Below are positions 1-9,086 of a stretch of 64,000 nucleotides of DNA, piece after piece. This DNA is from Patescibacteria group bacterium. Lineage in GTDB: Bacteria; Patescibacteriota; Patescibacteriia; UBA10025; JAHIVO01. The stretch is from assembly GCA_041660605.1 (NCBI GenBank), contig JBAZWB010000003.1, positions 18,680 to 82,679 of the forward strand. Reading direction: 5' to 3'. The translations under genes and the position numbers were made by a program. Position 1 is the first letter of the stretch. Every line of letters starts with the position of its first letter. The notes beneath the pieces are model-generated. The model was given only the letters and a program-made list of their open reading frames with translations, was not told the DNA's origin and ran no database searches.

Positions 1-312
1 ATATCCGCCGGGGCCTTGATTATTTTTATCCTGCTGCTCGCCAGCCCCTTCGTGGTGCACAGCTGGTATTACCTCTGGCTGCTTCCTCTGGTGATATTAT
101 GGAACGTGCTTTATAAAAAAAGGTTTGATTTCAGTCTGCTGTTTTTCCTCACCCTGCTGGCGCTGGTCATCTATTCTTATGCCAATGTCATCAGCACTTT
201 GGTGGTGGGATTGATTTGTTTGTTATGGGAAATTGCGGCGTATATATTCAGAACGAATTATAAACACCAAAAAACCTCGCCGGCGCCTGTTGATACGACA
301 AACTCCGATTAA
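1..312 (+). CDS. Polytopic membrane protein, C-terminal fragment. The 5' end is cut by the window edge: the frame is open from nt 1 and the first in-frame Met is at 16.
   Basis: Hydrophobic helices (WYYLWLLPLVILW..). No stop codon upstream of the ORF within the window. Confidence 0.4.
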   Translation: MSAGALIIFILLLASPFVVHSWYYLWLLPLVILWNVLYKKRFDFSLLFFLTLLALVIYSYANVISTLVVGLICLLWEIAAYIFRTNYKHQKTSPAPVDTTNSD

Positions 313-380
313 TTCGTTGAAAATATTAATTTCTGCTATACTGCATTCTGCCTGATTTATTTAATAATTAAGTAAATAAT

Positions 381-704
381 ATGGACAATAAAAAAATTAC
401 GACCTACAGCCTGCTGCATTCATTAGGTGTTGTTATTTACATCCTGATCGTCGCCTTTATCATCTGGAACGCCGAAAATGTTTTTGGCAATATGAACAAT
501 ATTCTCGGACCAGTCGCCTTTCTCATGCTTTTTACCGTGTCCGCGGCAATCACCGGCCTGCTGGTTTTCGGACGTCCGGTCTATCTTTTTCTGAACGGAC
601 TTAAAAAAGAAGCGATCCGGTTTACCTTTTACACCGTTGGTTGGCTGGTAGTGGAGGCTGTTCTGGTTTTTTTAATATTAATCATATTCAATAGCGGGAA
701 ATAA
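381..704 (+). CDS. Small hypothetical membrane protein (3 predicted TM helices).
   Basis: ORF with three hydrophobic segments and no recognisable motif. Confidence 0.45.
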   Translation: MDNKKITTYSLLHSLGVVIYILIVAFIIWNAENVFGNMNNILGPVAFLMLFTVSAAITGLLVFGRPVYLFLNGLKKEAIRFTFYTVGWLVVEAVLVFLILIIFNSGK

Positions 705-882
705 ACTGCTAAAAGCCGGGAGATCGCCGCGCATAATCTTTGAGCAGGCGTATTTTAGTAATTCTAATATTGCAAATATTAATACCTTATTGTAACCTAA
801 ACTTGTCCTGACCCCATTAGTCAGGATACCAAGCCAATCCAGGCGCGGTTCGTACACTATTAATCTATGGCTTGCCACGAAA

Positions 883-1095
883 GGGTAGCTATGAAAAGAA
901 ATGCGTTGGAGGTTGCTAATTGTTAGTCCACGGCCGGCAGCTGGGTTAGATTTTAACTCTGGCTACTCAGTTAAAGCGATTTGCTAGACAAATCGTTGAG
1001 AACCGGGGCGGGATTCCGGTGCTAAATTATCCCATACAATAAGCAATCAAAAGACAGGTTGGTGCCTGGCAAATGTCGGGCACCTCCTTTTTATT
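883..1095 (+). ncRNA. Candidate structured small RNA in a ~530-bp gene-free interval, ending in a terminator-like hairpin.
   Basis: Multiple perfect stems: GTCCTGAC..GTCAGGAT, TTAACT..AGTTAA, CGATTTG-ctaga-CAAATCG. It ends with GGTGCC..GGCACC followed by TCCTTTTTATTT. Confidence 0.25.
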
Positions 1096-1241
1096 TATAA
1101 AAAACGCCAACGAGCGGTGTCAATTGTCTTTAGTTAACAAGCTTTATTAATTTCAGCTTATTATTCTAAAATTTCTTAAGTCAAGAAAAAATTTGACAGT
1201 TTGTGCTATAATAAAAAAGTTAGTCAATAAACAGGTTATTA

Positions 1242-1631
1242 ATGAATATGATGGAATTGAACAATAACCAAACTATTAATCACCCTAGAAAAAATTTTCT
1301 CCGGATTGCCGTAATATCCATGTACCTGATTGCCGCCTTTTGGGTGCTTTTTGCCGCCCACTGGTTTTTTCGCGAATCCGACTACCGCTATTTCTACGCC
1401 ATTTCAGGTTTTAGCTATGCCATCGTCCTGGCTGGGCTTGCTTTTTATCTCAATAAAAAACAGCGCTGGGCCTGGTGGGGAGCGATCATGTTTACCGGCC
1501 TTAATGTCATCCTGACCCTAGCTGACCAGGTCGGCTGGTTTGATTTAGCCTATCTCATCCCGTCAATCGCAGTTTTCATAATAGTGCTGCGATCAAAAAA
1601 GTATTTATCTCAAGCACCGATAATTGATTAA
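1242..1631 (+). CDS. Small membrane protein, tandem paralog 1.
   Basis: Shares the block NKKQRWAWWG-x-I-x-TGL with the next ORF. An extended -10 TGCTATAAT sits at about 1204-1212. Confidence 0.6.
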   Translation: MNMMELNNNQTINHPRKNFLRIAVISMYLIAAFWVLFAAHWFFRESDYRYFYAISGFSYAIVLAGLAFYLNKKQRWAWWGAIMFTGLNVILTLADQVGWFDLAYLIPSIAVFIIVLRSKKYLSQAPIID

Positions 1632-1679
1632 AGCTATCCGTGCTATAATTAAATAACAAAAAAATATTAATCTACACAT

Positions 1680-2066
1680 ATGAAGTGGCGACTATCGCAT
1701 GTAAAAAATCTCCTCCAAATTACCGTCATGTTCATGTACCTGATTGCCATCTATCGGATACTACTTACAGTATATGCGCTGCTCCGCAATTCCTACTTCA
1801 GCGTCCCCTACGTCATCGATGAGCACCATACCGTTGCTATTATTGGTTTTTGTTACGCCATAATCCTAGCCATCCTCGCCTATTGCCTAAACAGAAAACA
1901 GCGCTGGGCCTGGTGGGGAACGATTATTCTGACTGGCCTAACCATAATTGAACCAATAGGGATATTTGACATAAATTATTTTGCCCCAGCCATAACTATC
2001 TTTGTCCTGGCACTGCTATCAATAAAATTCCTGCGACCTATAGGCGTTTCATTACCAAATAAGTAA
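1680..2066 (+). CDS. Small membrane protein, tandem paralog 2.
   Basis: Motif NRKQRWAWWGTIILTGL is paralogous to the 1242 ORF. It has its own TGCTATAAT at about 1641-1649. Confidence 0.6.
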   Translation: MKWRLSHVKNLLQITVMFMYLIAIYRILLTVYALLRNSYFSVPYVIDEHHTVAIIGFCYAIILAILAYCLNRKQRWAWWGTIILTGLTIIEPIGIFDINYFAPAITIFVLALLSIKFLRPIGVSLPNK

Positions 2067-2127
2067 CATAAACAGCTCGCAAACACATCGCTTTTAGATA
2101 ATTCGACTTATTTATAATATAACCCAC

Positions 2128-2946
2128 ATGAACAAAAAAAATATTCTTGCCAGCACCGCTCTTCTGGTATTGGTGGCGCTGACCGCTTCCGGTTGCACCA
2201 AAAAAACTACAACTAACACAACGACCAACACCGTAAAAAATACTAACGTGATCGTGACGGAAGCGCCGTATATCATGACCGGCTCAACCAAAGTCTTTAA
2301 TCTCAAACTGGTCAATGGCCTGCTGAATTATAAAACCATGACCTTCCACGCCGGCGACACGGTGGAAGTCCGGCTGACCAGCGACAGCCAGCCGGTAGAT
2401 TTCCAGTTCCAGGAAGTATCAAGCGCTACTTCAGTTAATGGAGTGTTCGGCACTGTGATCACTGAAGATGATCGGGGAGGCACCTACCATTTGATCTGCA
2501 AAAATACTTCATGCGGAAATATTGCTGTAACAGTAATACCAAATGCAAATATAAATTCTTCAGCCAGCAATACCAACGCTTCTGCCAACATTAATGCCGC
2601 GGCTAACACCAACACTGCCAACCAGATCACCAAGGTGGAATTGCAGCGCATCCCGGCCGGCACAACTTTCAGCCCGACTAATACCTATGAAACCACCACC
2701 AGCTTTCAGGTCGGCGACCAGTTTGGCCTGGGCGTGACTGGCAATTTTGCCGCGGGGACTAAGCTGGCCCATAGCTTTACCGACAGTTCGGGCGCGGAAA
2801 TCGAGGCGCAGTCCCAGCACCCGGACATCCAGAACGGCACCAACGGTTCCTGCTGTTTCGGCCTGCCAGCCACCGCCGGTTCCTATGATCTCAAGCTGTA
2901 TGTCAACGGCACGGTCGCGCAAAGCATTCCCTTCACAATGCAATAA
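2128..2946 (+). CDS. Putative secreted lipoprotein with a Thr/Asn-rich linker.
   Basis: N-terminal signal peptide ending LTASGC (lipobox-like). Low-complexity TTTNTTTN and N/A/S tracts. A terminator follows. Confidence 0.55.
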   Translation: MNKKNILASTALLVLVALTASGCTKKTTTNTTTNTVKNTNVIVTEAPYIMTGSTKVFNLKLVNGLLNYKTMTFHAGDTVEVRLTSDSQPVDFQFQEVSSATSVNGVFGTVITEDDRGGTYHLICKNTSCGNIAVTVIPNANINSSASNTNASANINAAANTNTANQITKVELQRIPAGTTFSPTNTYETTTSFQVGDQFGLGVTGNFAAGTKLAHSFTDSSGAEIEAQSQHPDIQNGTNGSCCFGLPATAGSYDLKLYVNGTVAQSIPFTMQ

Positions 2947-2971
2947 ATTATTCCCGCATAACATTGAAATA

Positions 2972-3005
2972 CCTCGGACGTAATGCTCCGGGGTGTTTTA
3001 TTTTA
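2972..3005 (+). terminator. Rho-independent terminator after the lipoprotein gene.
   Basis: Hairpin CCTCGGA-cgtaatgc-TCCGGGG followed by TGTTTTATTTT. Confidence 0.5.
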
Positions 3006-3067
3006 GGCGCCTGCCTTGTTTTTGCCCTTTATTAAGCGTAAAATTATAAGGTAATTGAATTTGATTA

Positions 3068-3448
3068 ATGAACTCTATGCAAAAAATACACTTCAAAGTC
3101 TTCGGTTATGGCCTCCAGCTCTTCATAATCACGCTGCTCCTACTCTTTATCATGTCCGCGATTACCAGCTCCGAACAGCCGGTTGATCTCTGGTGGGCGG
3201 GAACCATCGTCGCCATATTGCTGGCTGGCTGCTCCTGGCTGTTCACCCTGCGCCTTCATCCCGCCAAAAAAAAACAGGCTTTCACCTTCGGTGCCATCTG
3301 GGCGGTTATGCTGGTTGTGATTCTTTTACTGATTACCATTCCCAATGGGACGACCGACATTGTCTTTGGCCAGTGGAGCACCTACCTGATATTCATCGGC
3401 GTTGCCGTCGGTCCGCTTTTCGCAAAAATAAAGCCCAGCCTGCCTTAA
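3068..3448 (+). CDS. Hypothetical membrane protein (4 TM helices).
   Basis: Hydrophobic profile only. Confidence 0.45.
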   Translation: MNSMQKIHFKVFGYGLQLFIITLLLLFIMSAITSSEQPVDLWWAGTIVAILLAGCSWLFTLRLHPAKKKQAFTFGAIWAVMLVVILLLITIPNGTTDIVFGQWSTYLIFIGVAVGPLFAKIKPSLP

Positions 3449-3505
3449 CAATTATTAATATCCTGGATTAATTTACAGTTCGAAATTTTTCATGGTCACG
3501 CACTA

Positions 3506-3533
3506 TTGACAGGCTAGCGTACTATGTTAATAT
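3506..3533 (+). promoter_or_regulatory. Sigma70-like promoter (TTGACA, 16-nt spacer, TAATAT), flanked by ATGGTCA direct repeats.
   Basis: Consensus -35 and a near-consensus -10, about 90 nt upstream of the ATG at 3622. ATGGTCA occurs at about 3492 and again at about 3574. Confidence 0.45.
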
Positions 3534-3621
3534 ACAAAAATATCATAAATATAGCACATCAACCCTTTTCGATATGGTCATAGAAAAGATAAAATACAAA
3601 ACCTGTTTGAAGGAGTGAGTA

Positions 3622-3918
3622 ATGAAAGTCAAGGTCAATTATTTCAAAATGGGACATCTAAACAAAGGCTGCGTAGAAGTCGAAGTTGCTGAAGGCGCGA
3701 AGGTTGAGGACACACTGAAGGCCGCGGGGGTGCCGTTCAATGATGAGACCATGAGTATGAAATACGCCATCCCCGGAGAAGCCTATTTCACCGGGCACGC
3801 ACATCCGGACGATATCGTTGCGGATGGCCAGACTATCGGAGTTTTCGACGATGCCAATTTCGACGTAGCAACAACAGTCGCAGCCGAAGCCCCGCCGGAA
3901 GTGCAGGCCCAGACCTAA
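3622..3918 (+). CDS. Small acidic cytoplasmic protein, possibly beta-grasp/ThiS-MoaD-like.
   Basis: Strong SD AAGGAG 8 nt upstream of the ATG. Higher GC than its neighbours. No confident family assignment. Confidence 0.45.
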   Translation: MKVKVNYFKMGHLNKGCVEVEVAEGAKVEDTLKAAGVPFNDETMSMKYAIPGEAYFTGHAHPDDIVADGQTIGVFDDANFDVATTVAAEAPPEVQAQT

Positions 3919-3968
3919 TTCGGCACAACAACGTACAAACACAATTCAGCAGTTCAATAGAACTGCCA

Positions 3969-4010
3969 GGAGCCCGACTTCAGACCAAGAGCCGGGCTTC
4001 CTTTTATATT
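3969..4010 (+). terminator. Rho-independent terminator.
   Basis: Hairpin GGAGCCCG..CGGGCTTCC followed by TTTTAT. Confidence 0.5.
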
Positions 4011-4134
4011 AGTAAAATTTCATCTTTGCACACGTATAGCCTGGTGATATACTGAAAATATACAATTACTATTTCAATGAGAAAAATGCTAAGAAATTGC
4101 CTTCCTCACTGTCGGGCTTAATTCAACCATAAAA

Positions 4135-4164
4135 ATGAACATAGCTTTCTATATTTTCGGATAA
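4135..4164 (+). pseudogene. Duplicated 5' remnant of the glycosyltransferase gene that starts at 5077. It reads ATGAACATAGCTTTCTATATTTTCGGATAA (MNIAFYIFG*).
   Basis: It is a 29-nt near-identical copy (2 mismatches) of 5077-5105. Confidence 0.5.
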
Positions 4165-4178
4165 AAATAATTTCTCCT

Positions 4179-5000
4179 ATGGACAATATTAGAACCTGGA
4201 TTAAACAAGCTCGCTCACAAAAACTTACTAATCAGGAAATCGCAAAAATGCTGATTGGCGTTGGTTGGACGCAAGGACAGATTGCTGACTTATTAGCTGA
4301 ACCCGTCGGCACCGTAGAGACGATAAATAAACCAGAGAGGCAAGCTGAAAATAACCAGCCACCCTCTATCTCCTACACCATCACCCCCGAGGAACACAAT
4401 CAGCGTTCAAGATCAGTAATATATAAAACGATCCCTGCAATTATATCGATTTTAGCATGGCCAATATTGCAGGCTTGGCTGGAAGTTGGTTGGGGGGTGG
4501 TAATTGGTTTTATTGTATTTGGTATATTGATAGGTATATTTTTGTTTTATAAACAACGTCACGAGAGCAAAAAGTCCGTTGACATCAAAATGGACAACAG
4601 CGGGCTGTATATCAATGAAAATGGCAAGGCAAATCATTACCCCTGGAATCATTTCACGAAAGTCATGACCAATACGCTTTATGCTCAGATAAATAGCCGG
4701 GGTGCAGAAAGTGCGCAGGTGATTGAGGCTGCGGAAAGGCTCCGCGAAGCGCATGGTCAGGTCTTTTTGCTTTTTTTTGATAAGCAATTTAAATCAAATG
4801 TATGGAAGCAGCATCTGACGCTTTACGCTGAGCCTGATAACTGGCAAGCAGTTGAACGCGTATTGTATAATTATCTTCCCTATCCCGACGAAAAACTAGC
4901 TCTTGATAAAATAAAAAAGGAATCAAAAATTGTCTGGATTATTTCCATAATTTTTCTTGTTATTGTGATTGCATTTGTAATATTTTTTACTTGGGATTAA
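4179..5000 (+). CDS. Hypothetical protein with an N-terminal soluble domain and TM helices in the middle and at the C-terminus.
   Basis: ORF only. It lies between the duplicated 5' fragment and the intact GT-B gene. Confidence 0.45.
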   Translation: MDNIRTWIKQARSQKLTNQEIAKMLIGVGWTQGQIADLLAEPVGTVETINKPERQAENNQPPSISYTITPEEHNQRSRSVIYKTIPAIISILAWPILQAWLEVGWGVVIGFIVFGILIGIFLFYKQRHESKKSVDIKMDNSGLYINENGKANHYPWNHFTKVMTNTLYAQINSRGAESAQVIEAAERLREAHGQVFLLFFDKQFKSNVWKQHLTLYAEPDNWQAVERVLYNYLPYPDEKLALDKIKKESKIVWIISIIFLVIVIAFVIFFTWD

Positions 5001-5076
5001 TTTTAAAACACTAAATACTTTTTTGTAAGCATAGGCAACGCCTCAAAAAAATAACTATTTATCTATTATACACAGG

Positions 5077-6174
5077 ATGAACATAGCTTTCTACATTTCC
5101 GGACACGGTTACGGACACGCGACGCGGATGCTCGCCGTGATGAATGCTTTGCTGGAACGCGACCCGCACTGCCGTTTTTTTATCCGCACCGCCTCTCCGC
5201 GGAAATTATTCAATGGCCTGCCAGCCGGCATCGCGCGATATTCCCGGATGGCCATTGATACCGGCATGATTGAAAAGGATAATTTTTCCCAGGACCCGCT
5301 GGCCACGCTGCGGCATTACCAAAAAATCGAAGACAACCGGCAGCAGCTGATAAAAAACGAATCTGCCTTTATATTATCCCGGCAGGTCAAGGTAATCGTC
5401 AGCGACATTCCGCCTCTGGCTTCGGAAATCGGCTCTGCCTGCGGCATTCCCGTCATCGGCTGCGCGAACTTTTCCTGGGACTTCAATTATCAGCCTTACG
5501 CACGCCAGTACCCAAGGTATTCCCATTTAATAAAAAGCATCCGGGCTTCATATAGGAAGACGACTCTGCTGCTTCGCCTGCCATTCCACCACTCCATGGA
5601 CGCCTTTCCTGTCCAAAAGGATATTCCCCTGGTCGCCCGACAGTCGGCAGCCAGCCCCGTTAAAACGCGTCTCCGCCTGGGCATTTCAAAATCAGAAAAA
5701 AGGCCGGTAATTTTAGTCGCCTTCCGGATTGACGACCAGTTATTCCGCCGGGCGCTGGTGGAGCTTACGAAAAATAACGACTGCCTGATTATCACTTACG
5801 GCCTGCGCTCGTTGCGGAAATATAAAAATATTATAGTTATTAATGACAGTCGGAAAGCCGTGCCATACACCGATATTCTCCGGGCTTGCACGCTGGTTAT
5901 TGCCAAGATCGGGTACAGCACGCTGGCAGAGTGCATCGCCGCCAGGGTGCCGCTGATGTATCCTCCGCGCGAAAATTATCCGGAATTCAAGCTTCTACAT
6001 AATGGTGCAAAAAAAAGCCTGCCTTCATATCTTATGCCCAAACGGGATTTTGCCTCAGGCAAATGGCGCCGGCACATAGACAAATTCCTTGCTCAGCCGA
6101 TTTCATTTCCCTCGATGCCGGCTAACGGCGCCCGGGTCGCCGCTGAAATAATTTTGCGTCACGCTAGCAAATAA
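5077..6174 (+). CDS. GT-B fold glycosyltransferase (MJ1255/TIGR00661-like, GT28 C-terminal-like).
   Basis: N-terminus ISGHGYGHATR is characteristic of this family. About 365 aa. Higher GC than surroundings. Confidence 0.55.
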   Translation: MNIAFYISGHGYGHATRMLAVMNALLERDPHCRFFIRTASPRKLFNGLPAGIARYSRMAIDTGMIEKDNFSQDPLATLRHYQKIEDNRQQLIKNESAFILSRQVKVIVSDIPPLASEIGSACGIPVIGCANFSWDFNYQPYARQYPRYSHLIKSIRASYRKTTLLLRLPFHHSMDAFPVQKDIPLVARQSAASPVKTRLRLGISKSEKRPVILVAFRIDDQLFRRALVELTKNNDCLIITYGLRSLRKYKNIIVINDSRKAVPYTDILRACTLVIAKIGYSTLAECIAARVPLMYPPRENYPEFKLLHNGAKKSLPSYLMPKRDFASGKWRRHIDKFLAQPISFPSMPANGARVAAEIILRHASK

Positions 6175-6180
6175 AACCCC

Positions 6181-6240
6181 ATCGCGGGTCCCCGCCTGCC
6201 TTGCCAGTGCGGCGGGCAGGTCTGCGCCCGCGTTCGCGCC
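6181..6240. repeat. GC-rich structured repeat, copy A (CCCCGCCTGC ... TGCGGCGGGCAGGTCTGCGCCCGCG).
   Basis: The 25-nt core is identical to copy C at about 18125-18149. Hairpin GCGGGC/GCCCGC. Confidence 0.7.
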
Positions 6241-6288
6241 AATAAAACGCACACACACCGCAAAACGGGGCGGTTTTTACTGTAATAA

Positions 6289-6318
6289 AAACGGACAAGT
6301 ATTGAAACCTGTCCGCTG
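6289..6318 (-). terminator. Terminator for hutU on the minus strand.
   Basis: On the minus strand: CGGACAGG-tttcaatac-TTGTCCG followed by TTTTTATT. Confidence 0.45.
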
Positions 6319-6355
6319 TGTTTAGTAATGCTTTTGGGTTACTTAGGCGCAACCG

Positions 6356-8404
6356 TCAAGCAATAGATGCATCGACCGCTTTGCTGACGACATCGTCATC
6401 AGCGATAAAGGGAATCATAACCTGGAGTCTGGCGTCGTCATCCATGGATTCCGTAATGGCCCAGATGGCATTGGGATTTCCGGCCCACGCGCGGCGAGCC
6501 AGCCCGTTGTTCACGTCAATTGCCATCAGGCGCTTGATGCGTTCAGCCACCTCCACGGAACCATCCAGCGCGATGCCGAATCCGCCGTTAATAGCGTAAT
6601 TGAAGCCAACCCCGCCGCCGTTGTGTATGCTTACCCAGTCAGCGTGCGCAGTCGCGTCGCCAATGAAATTCTGCACTGACATGTCGGCGCACACGTTGCT
6701 GCCGTCCAGAACATTGGACGTTTCGCGGTACTTAGAATCAGTGCCGCCCACATCATGGTGATCCCTGCCGATCACCACCGGTCCGATCTCCCCGCTGGCA
6801 ACAGCCCGGTTGAAGGCGAGCGCAATGCGCGTCCGGCCGACACGGTCGCTATAGAGAATCCGCGCCTGACTACCGACGACAAGTCCGTATTTGCCGGCAT
6901 TTTCGATCCAGTAAAGATTGTCCTCATACTGCTGCCGTATCTGCAGAGGAGCTCTCACAAGCAACTCCCGGATAACGTCAGCGGCAATCTCGTCAGTCTT
7001 CTCGAGATCCTTAGGATCTCCGCTCAGGCACACCCAGCGGAACGGGCCGAAACCGAAGTCAAAGCAGATCGGTCCCATAAGATCCTCAACGTACGACGGA
7101 TACCTGAACCTGGTATCATCGGCCATGATATCGGCTCCCGCATTTCTTGCCTGGAGCAGGAAACCGTTGCCGTAGTCAAAGAATTTCGTCCCGCGTTCAG
7201 CCATGGCGTTGATGGCGCGAACGTGTTCCCGCAGTGATTCCCGGACAAGCTCCGTGAAACGTCCTGCATCGGACTTGATCATCTGGAGCGCATCCTCAAA
7301 GCTGATCTGGAACGGGAAATACCCGCCGGCGAACGGCAAGTTTAGAGAAGTCTGGTCAGACGCGAGATCAACCTGGATATCCTCAGTGATGAGGCGATTC
7401 CACAGATCAACGATGTTCCCATGGTACGCGATTGAGAGCGGCTGCTTTTCAGCAATCGCACTTTTCATGGCAAAGATTATGGCATCAAGGCTATCGGAAT
7501 ATGAATCAATCCAGCCTTTTTCAATGCGTTTCTTGATCGCCTTCAGATTCACCTCGGCGATGACGCAGACAATGCCTAGTATCTGCGCTGCCTTGCCCTG
7601 GGCGCCCGACATGCCGCCAAGCCCCGAGCTGACGAAAACTCGACCACGCAGATCCTTCATGTCCGTGATTCTGTAATACTCACGGAAGGCGTTGAGCAGT
7701 GTGATATAGGTGCCGTGCACGATTCCCTGCGACCCGATGTACATCGCGCTGCCTGCCGTCATTTGGCCGTACAGGGTCACGCCTTTCGCGGCGAGATTGT
7801 CATAGTCAGCTTCAAGCGGCGCAGACATAAGCCCGTTCACGATCACGGCGATCGGATCAAAACCTCTGCGCGCCGGGAACTTGCCGAGCGGATGGCCGGA
7901 ATACAGCTTAAGCATCTGATCACGGTCTAAGGTAGCGAGCGCCTGCATAGTGATCAGGTATTGCACCCAATTCTGGAACACGGTACCGGTACCGCCGTAA
8001 GTGACCAGTTCGTCCGGGTACTGCGCGTTCTGCGGATCAAGGTTGTTCATATACATGAGCTGCAGGGCGCGTGCCGCCAGCGTATTACCGGGGTACCAGT
8101 CGATCGGATACGCCATGATGGGATACGCCGGTTTGAACCGGTACATGTAGATGCGTCCGAAAACTCTCAGTTCGGTCGCAAACTCAGAAGCGAGAATCGC
8201 GTGCCACTCCTTGGGAAAATAACGGAGCGCATTTTTGACCGCCTGTTTTTTCTCCTTGGTTGTCAGGGTGTTTGGCCGGGCAGGTGCATGGATAGCGTTC
8301 ATGTCGTACACCGGCGTCGGTGGAAGCTCACGCGGAATTCCTGCAAGGATAGCTGTTCTCAGCCTATTCTTGTCCATTGCTTGTGCCATCTGATTTTCCT
8401 CCAT
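6356..8404 (-). CDS. hutU: Urocanate hydratase (urocanase), long form of about 680 aa.
   Basis: Full-length match to urocanase: MTAGS-x-YIGSQGIVHGTY, SSGLGGMSGAQ and GGGVGF NAD-binding motifs. About 50% GC against a ~40% background. Confidence 0.9.
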   Translation of the reverse strand: MEENQMAQAMDKNRLRTAILAGIPRELPPTPVYDMNAIHAPARPNTLTTKEKKQAVKNALRYFPKEWHAILASEFATELRVFGRIYMYRFKPAYPIMAYPIDWYPGNTLAARALQLMYMNNLDPQNAQYPDELVTYGGTGTVFQNWVQYLITMQALATLDRDQMLKLYSGHPLGKFPARRGFDPIAVIVNGLMSAPLEADYDNLAAKGVTLYGQMTAGSAMYIGSQGIVHGTYITLLNAFREYYRITDMKDLRGRVFVSSGLGGMSGAQGKAAQILGIVCVIAEVNLKAIKKRIEKGWIDSYSDSLDAIIFAMKSAIAEKQPLSIAYHGNIVDLWNRLITEDIQVDLASDQTSLNLPFAGGYFPFQISFEDALQMIKSDAGRFTELVRESLREHVRAINAMAERGTKFFDYGNGFLLQARNAGADIMADDTRFRYPSYVEDLMGPICFDFGFGPFRWVCLSGDPKDLEKTDEIAADVIRELLVRAPLQIRQQYEDNLYWIENAGKYGLVVGSQARILYSDRVGRTRIALAFNRAVASGEIGPVVIGRDHHDVGGTDSKYRETSNVLDGSNVCADMSVQNFIGDATAHADWVSIHNGGGVGFNYAINGGFGIALDGSVEVAERIKRLMAIDVNNGLARRAWAGNPNAIWAITESMDDDARLQVMIPFIADDDVVSKAVDASIA

Positions 8405-8539
8405 TAGTTCTATGGCTACTGGTTTAAGTTTGTTTTCGATGCAAAAATATTATGATGTAAAGAGCAAAATATCTGACTAGCTTAATATAATAGACCAAGC
8501 TTGTCAAGAAAAGAATAAGGAAGGAACGCCGTTACCCCA

Positions 8540-8612
8540 TCCCCCGAACGCGGGTGCCGCGCCCGACTGCTTCGCACTCGAAGCGGGCGGGTCTCCGCCC
8601 GCGTTCGCGCTT
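8540..8612. repeat. GC-rich structured repeat, copy B.
   Basis: GCGGGCGG-GTCT-CCGCCCGC is a perfect 8-bp hairpin. The tail GTTCGCGC is shared with copy A. Confidence 0.6.
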
Positions 8613-8787
8613 GTTTTAACGCGCCAACGAGGGTAATATTAAATTAAAGGAGATAAATTACTGTAGTCAAACGCTGGAAGTTTAAAGAAAAAAGTATGGT
8701 TATAAGTATTAAGTTTATAAAACATTTTAATCTTCAACTTACTTCCATTCCTTCTTCCATCAACATTAAATTTATAACAACACGCCA

Positions 8788-9039
8788 ATGTACTTCCTCT
8801 ACATCCTGAAATGCAAAGATAAAAGCCTGTACACGGGCATTACCACGGACTTGGTGCGTCGGCTGACAGAACATAGCACCACGGCTCTCGGGGCAAAATA
8901 TACCAGAGCCAGGCGGCCGGTGAAGCTGGTTTACAAAAAAAGATTCCGTACCCGGTCAGCCGCCGGGCGGGAGGAAGCGAGGATTAAAAGTCTGCCGCGG
9001 CCGGAAAAATTAAAATTAATTCAAAAGGTAAGGAGGTAA
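8788..9039 (+). CDS. GIY-YIG domain nuclease-like protein (UPF0213 family).
   Basis: YFLYILKCKDKSLYTGITTDLVRRLTEH matches the GIY-YIG signature. Confidence 0.7.
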   Translation: MYFLYILKCKDKSLYTGITTDLVRRLTEHSTTALGAKYTRARRPVKLVYKKRFRTRSAAGREEARIKSLPRPEKLKLIQKVRR

Positions 9040-9086
9040 AATTCGCGATTAGCGTTCATATCGTAATTTTAATTAATTAAAATAAT

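Noticed and set aside
678-878. 66-aa minus-strand ORF in the long intergenic interval.
   Set aside because: It overlaps the 3' end of the 381-704 gene and has no start context. The interval is more plausibly non-coding, see the sRNA candidate.
6755-8407. Several + strand ORFs of 85-160 aa inside hutU.
   Set aside because: They lie antisense within a strongly supported full-length urocanase gene on the minus strand. The high local GC content produces long spurious ORFs.
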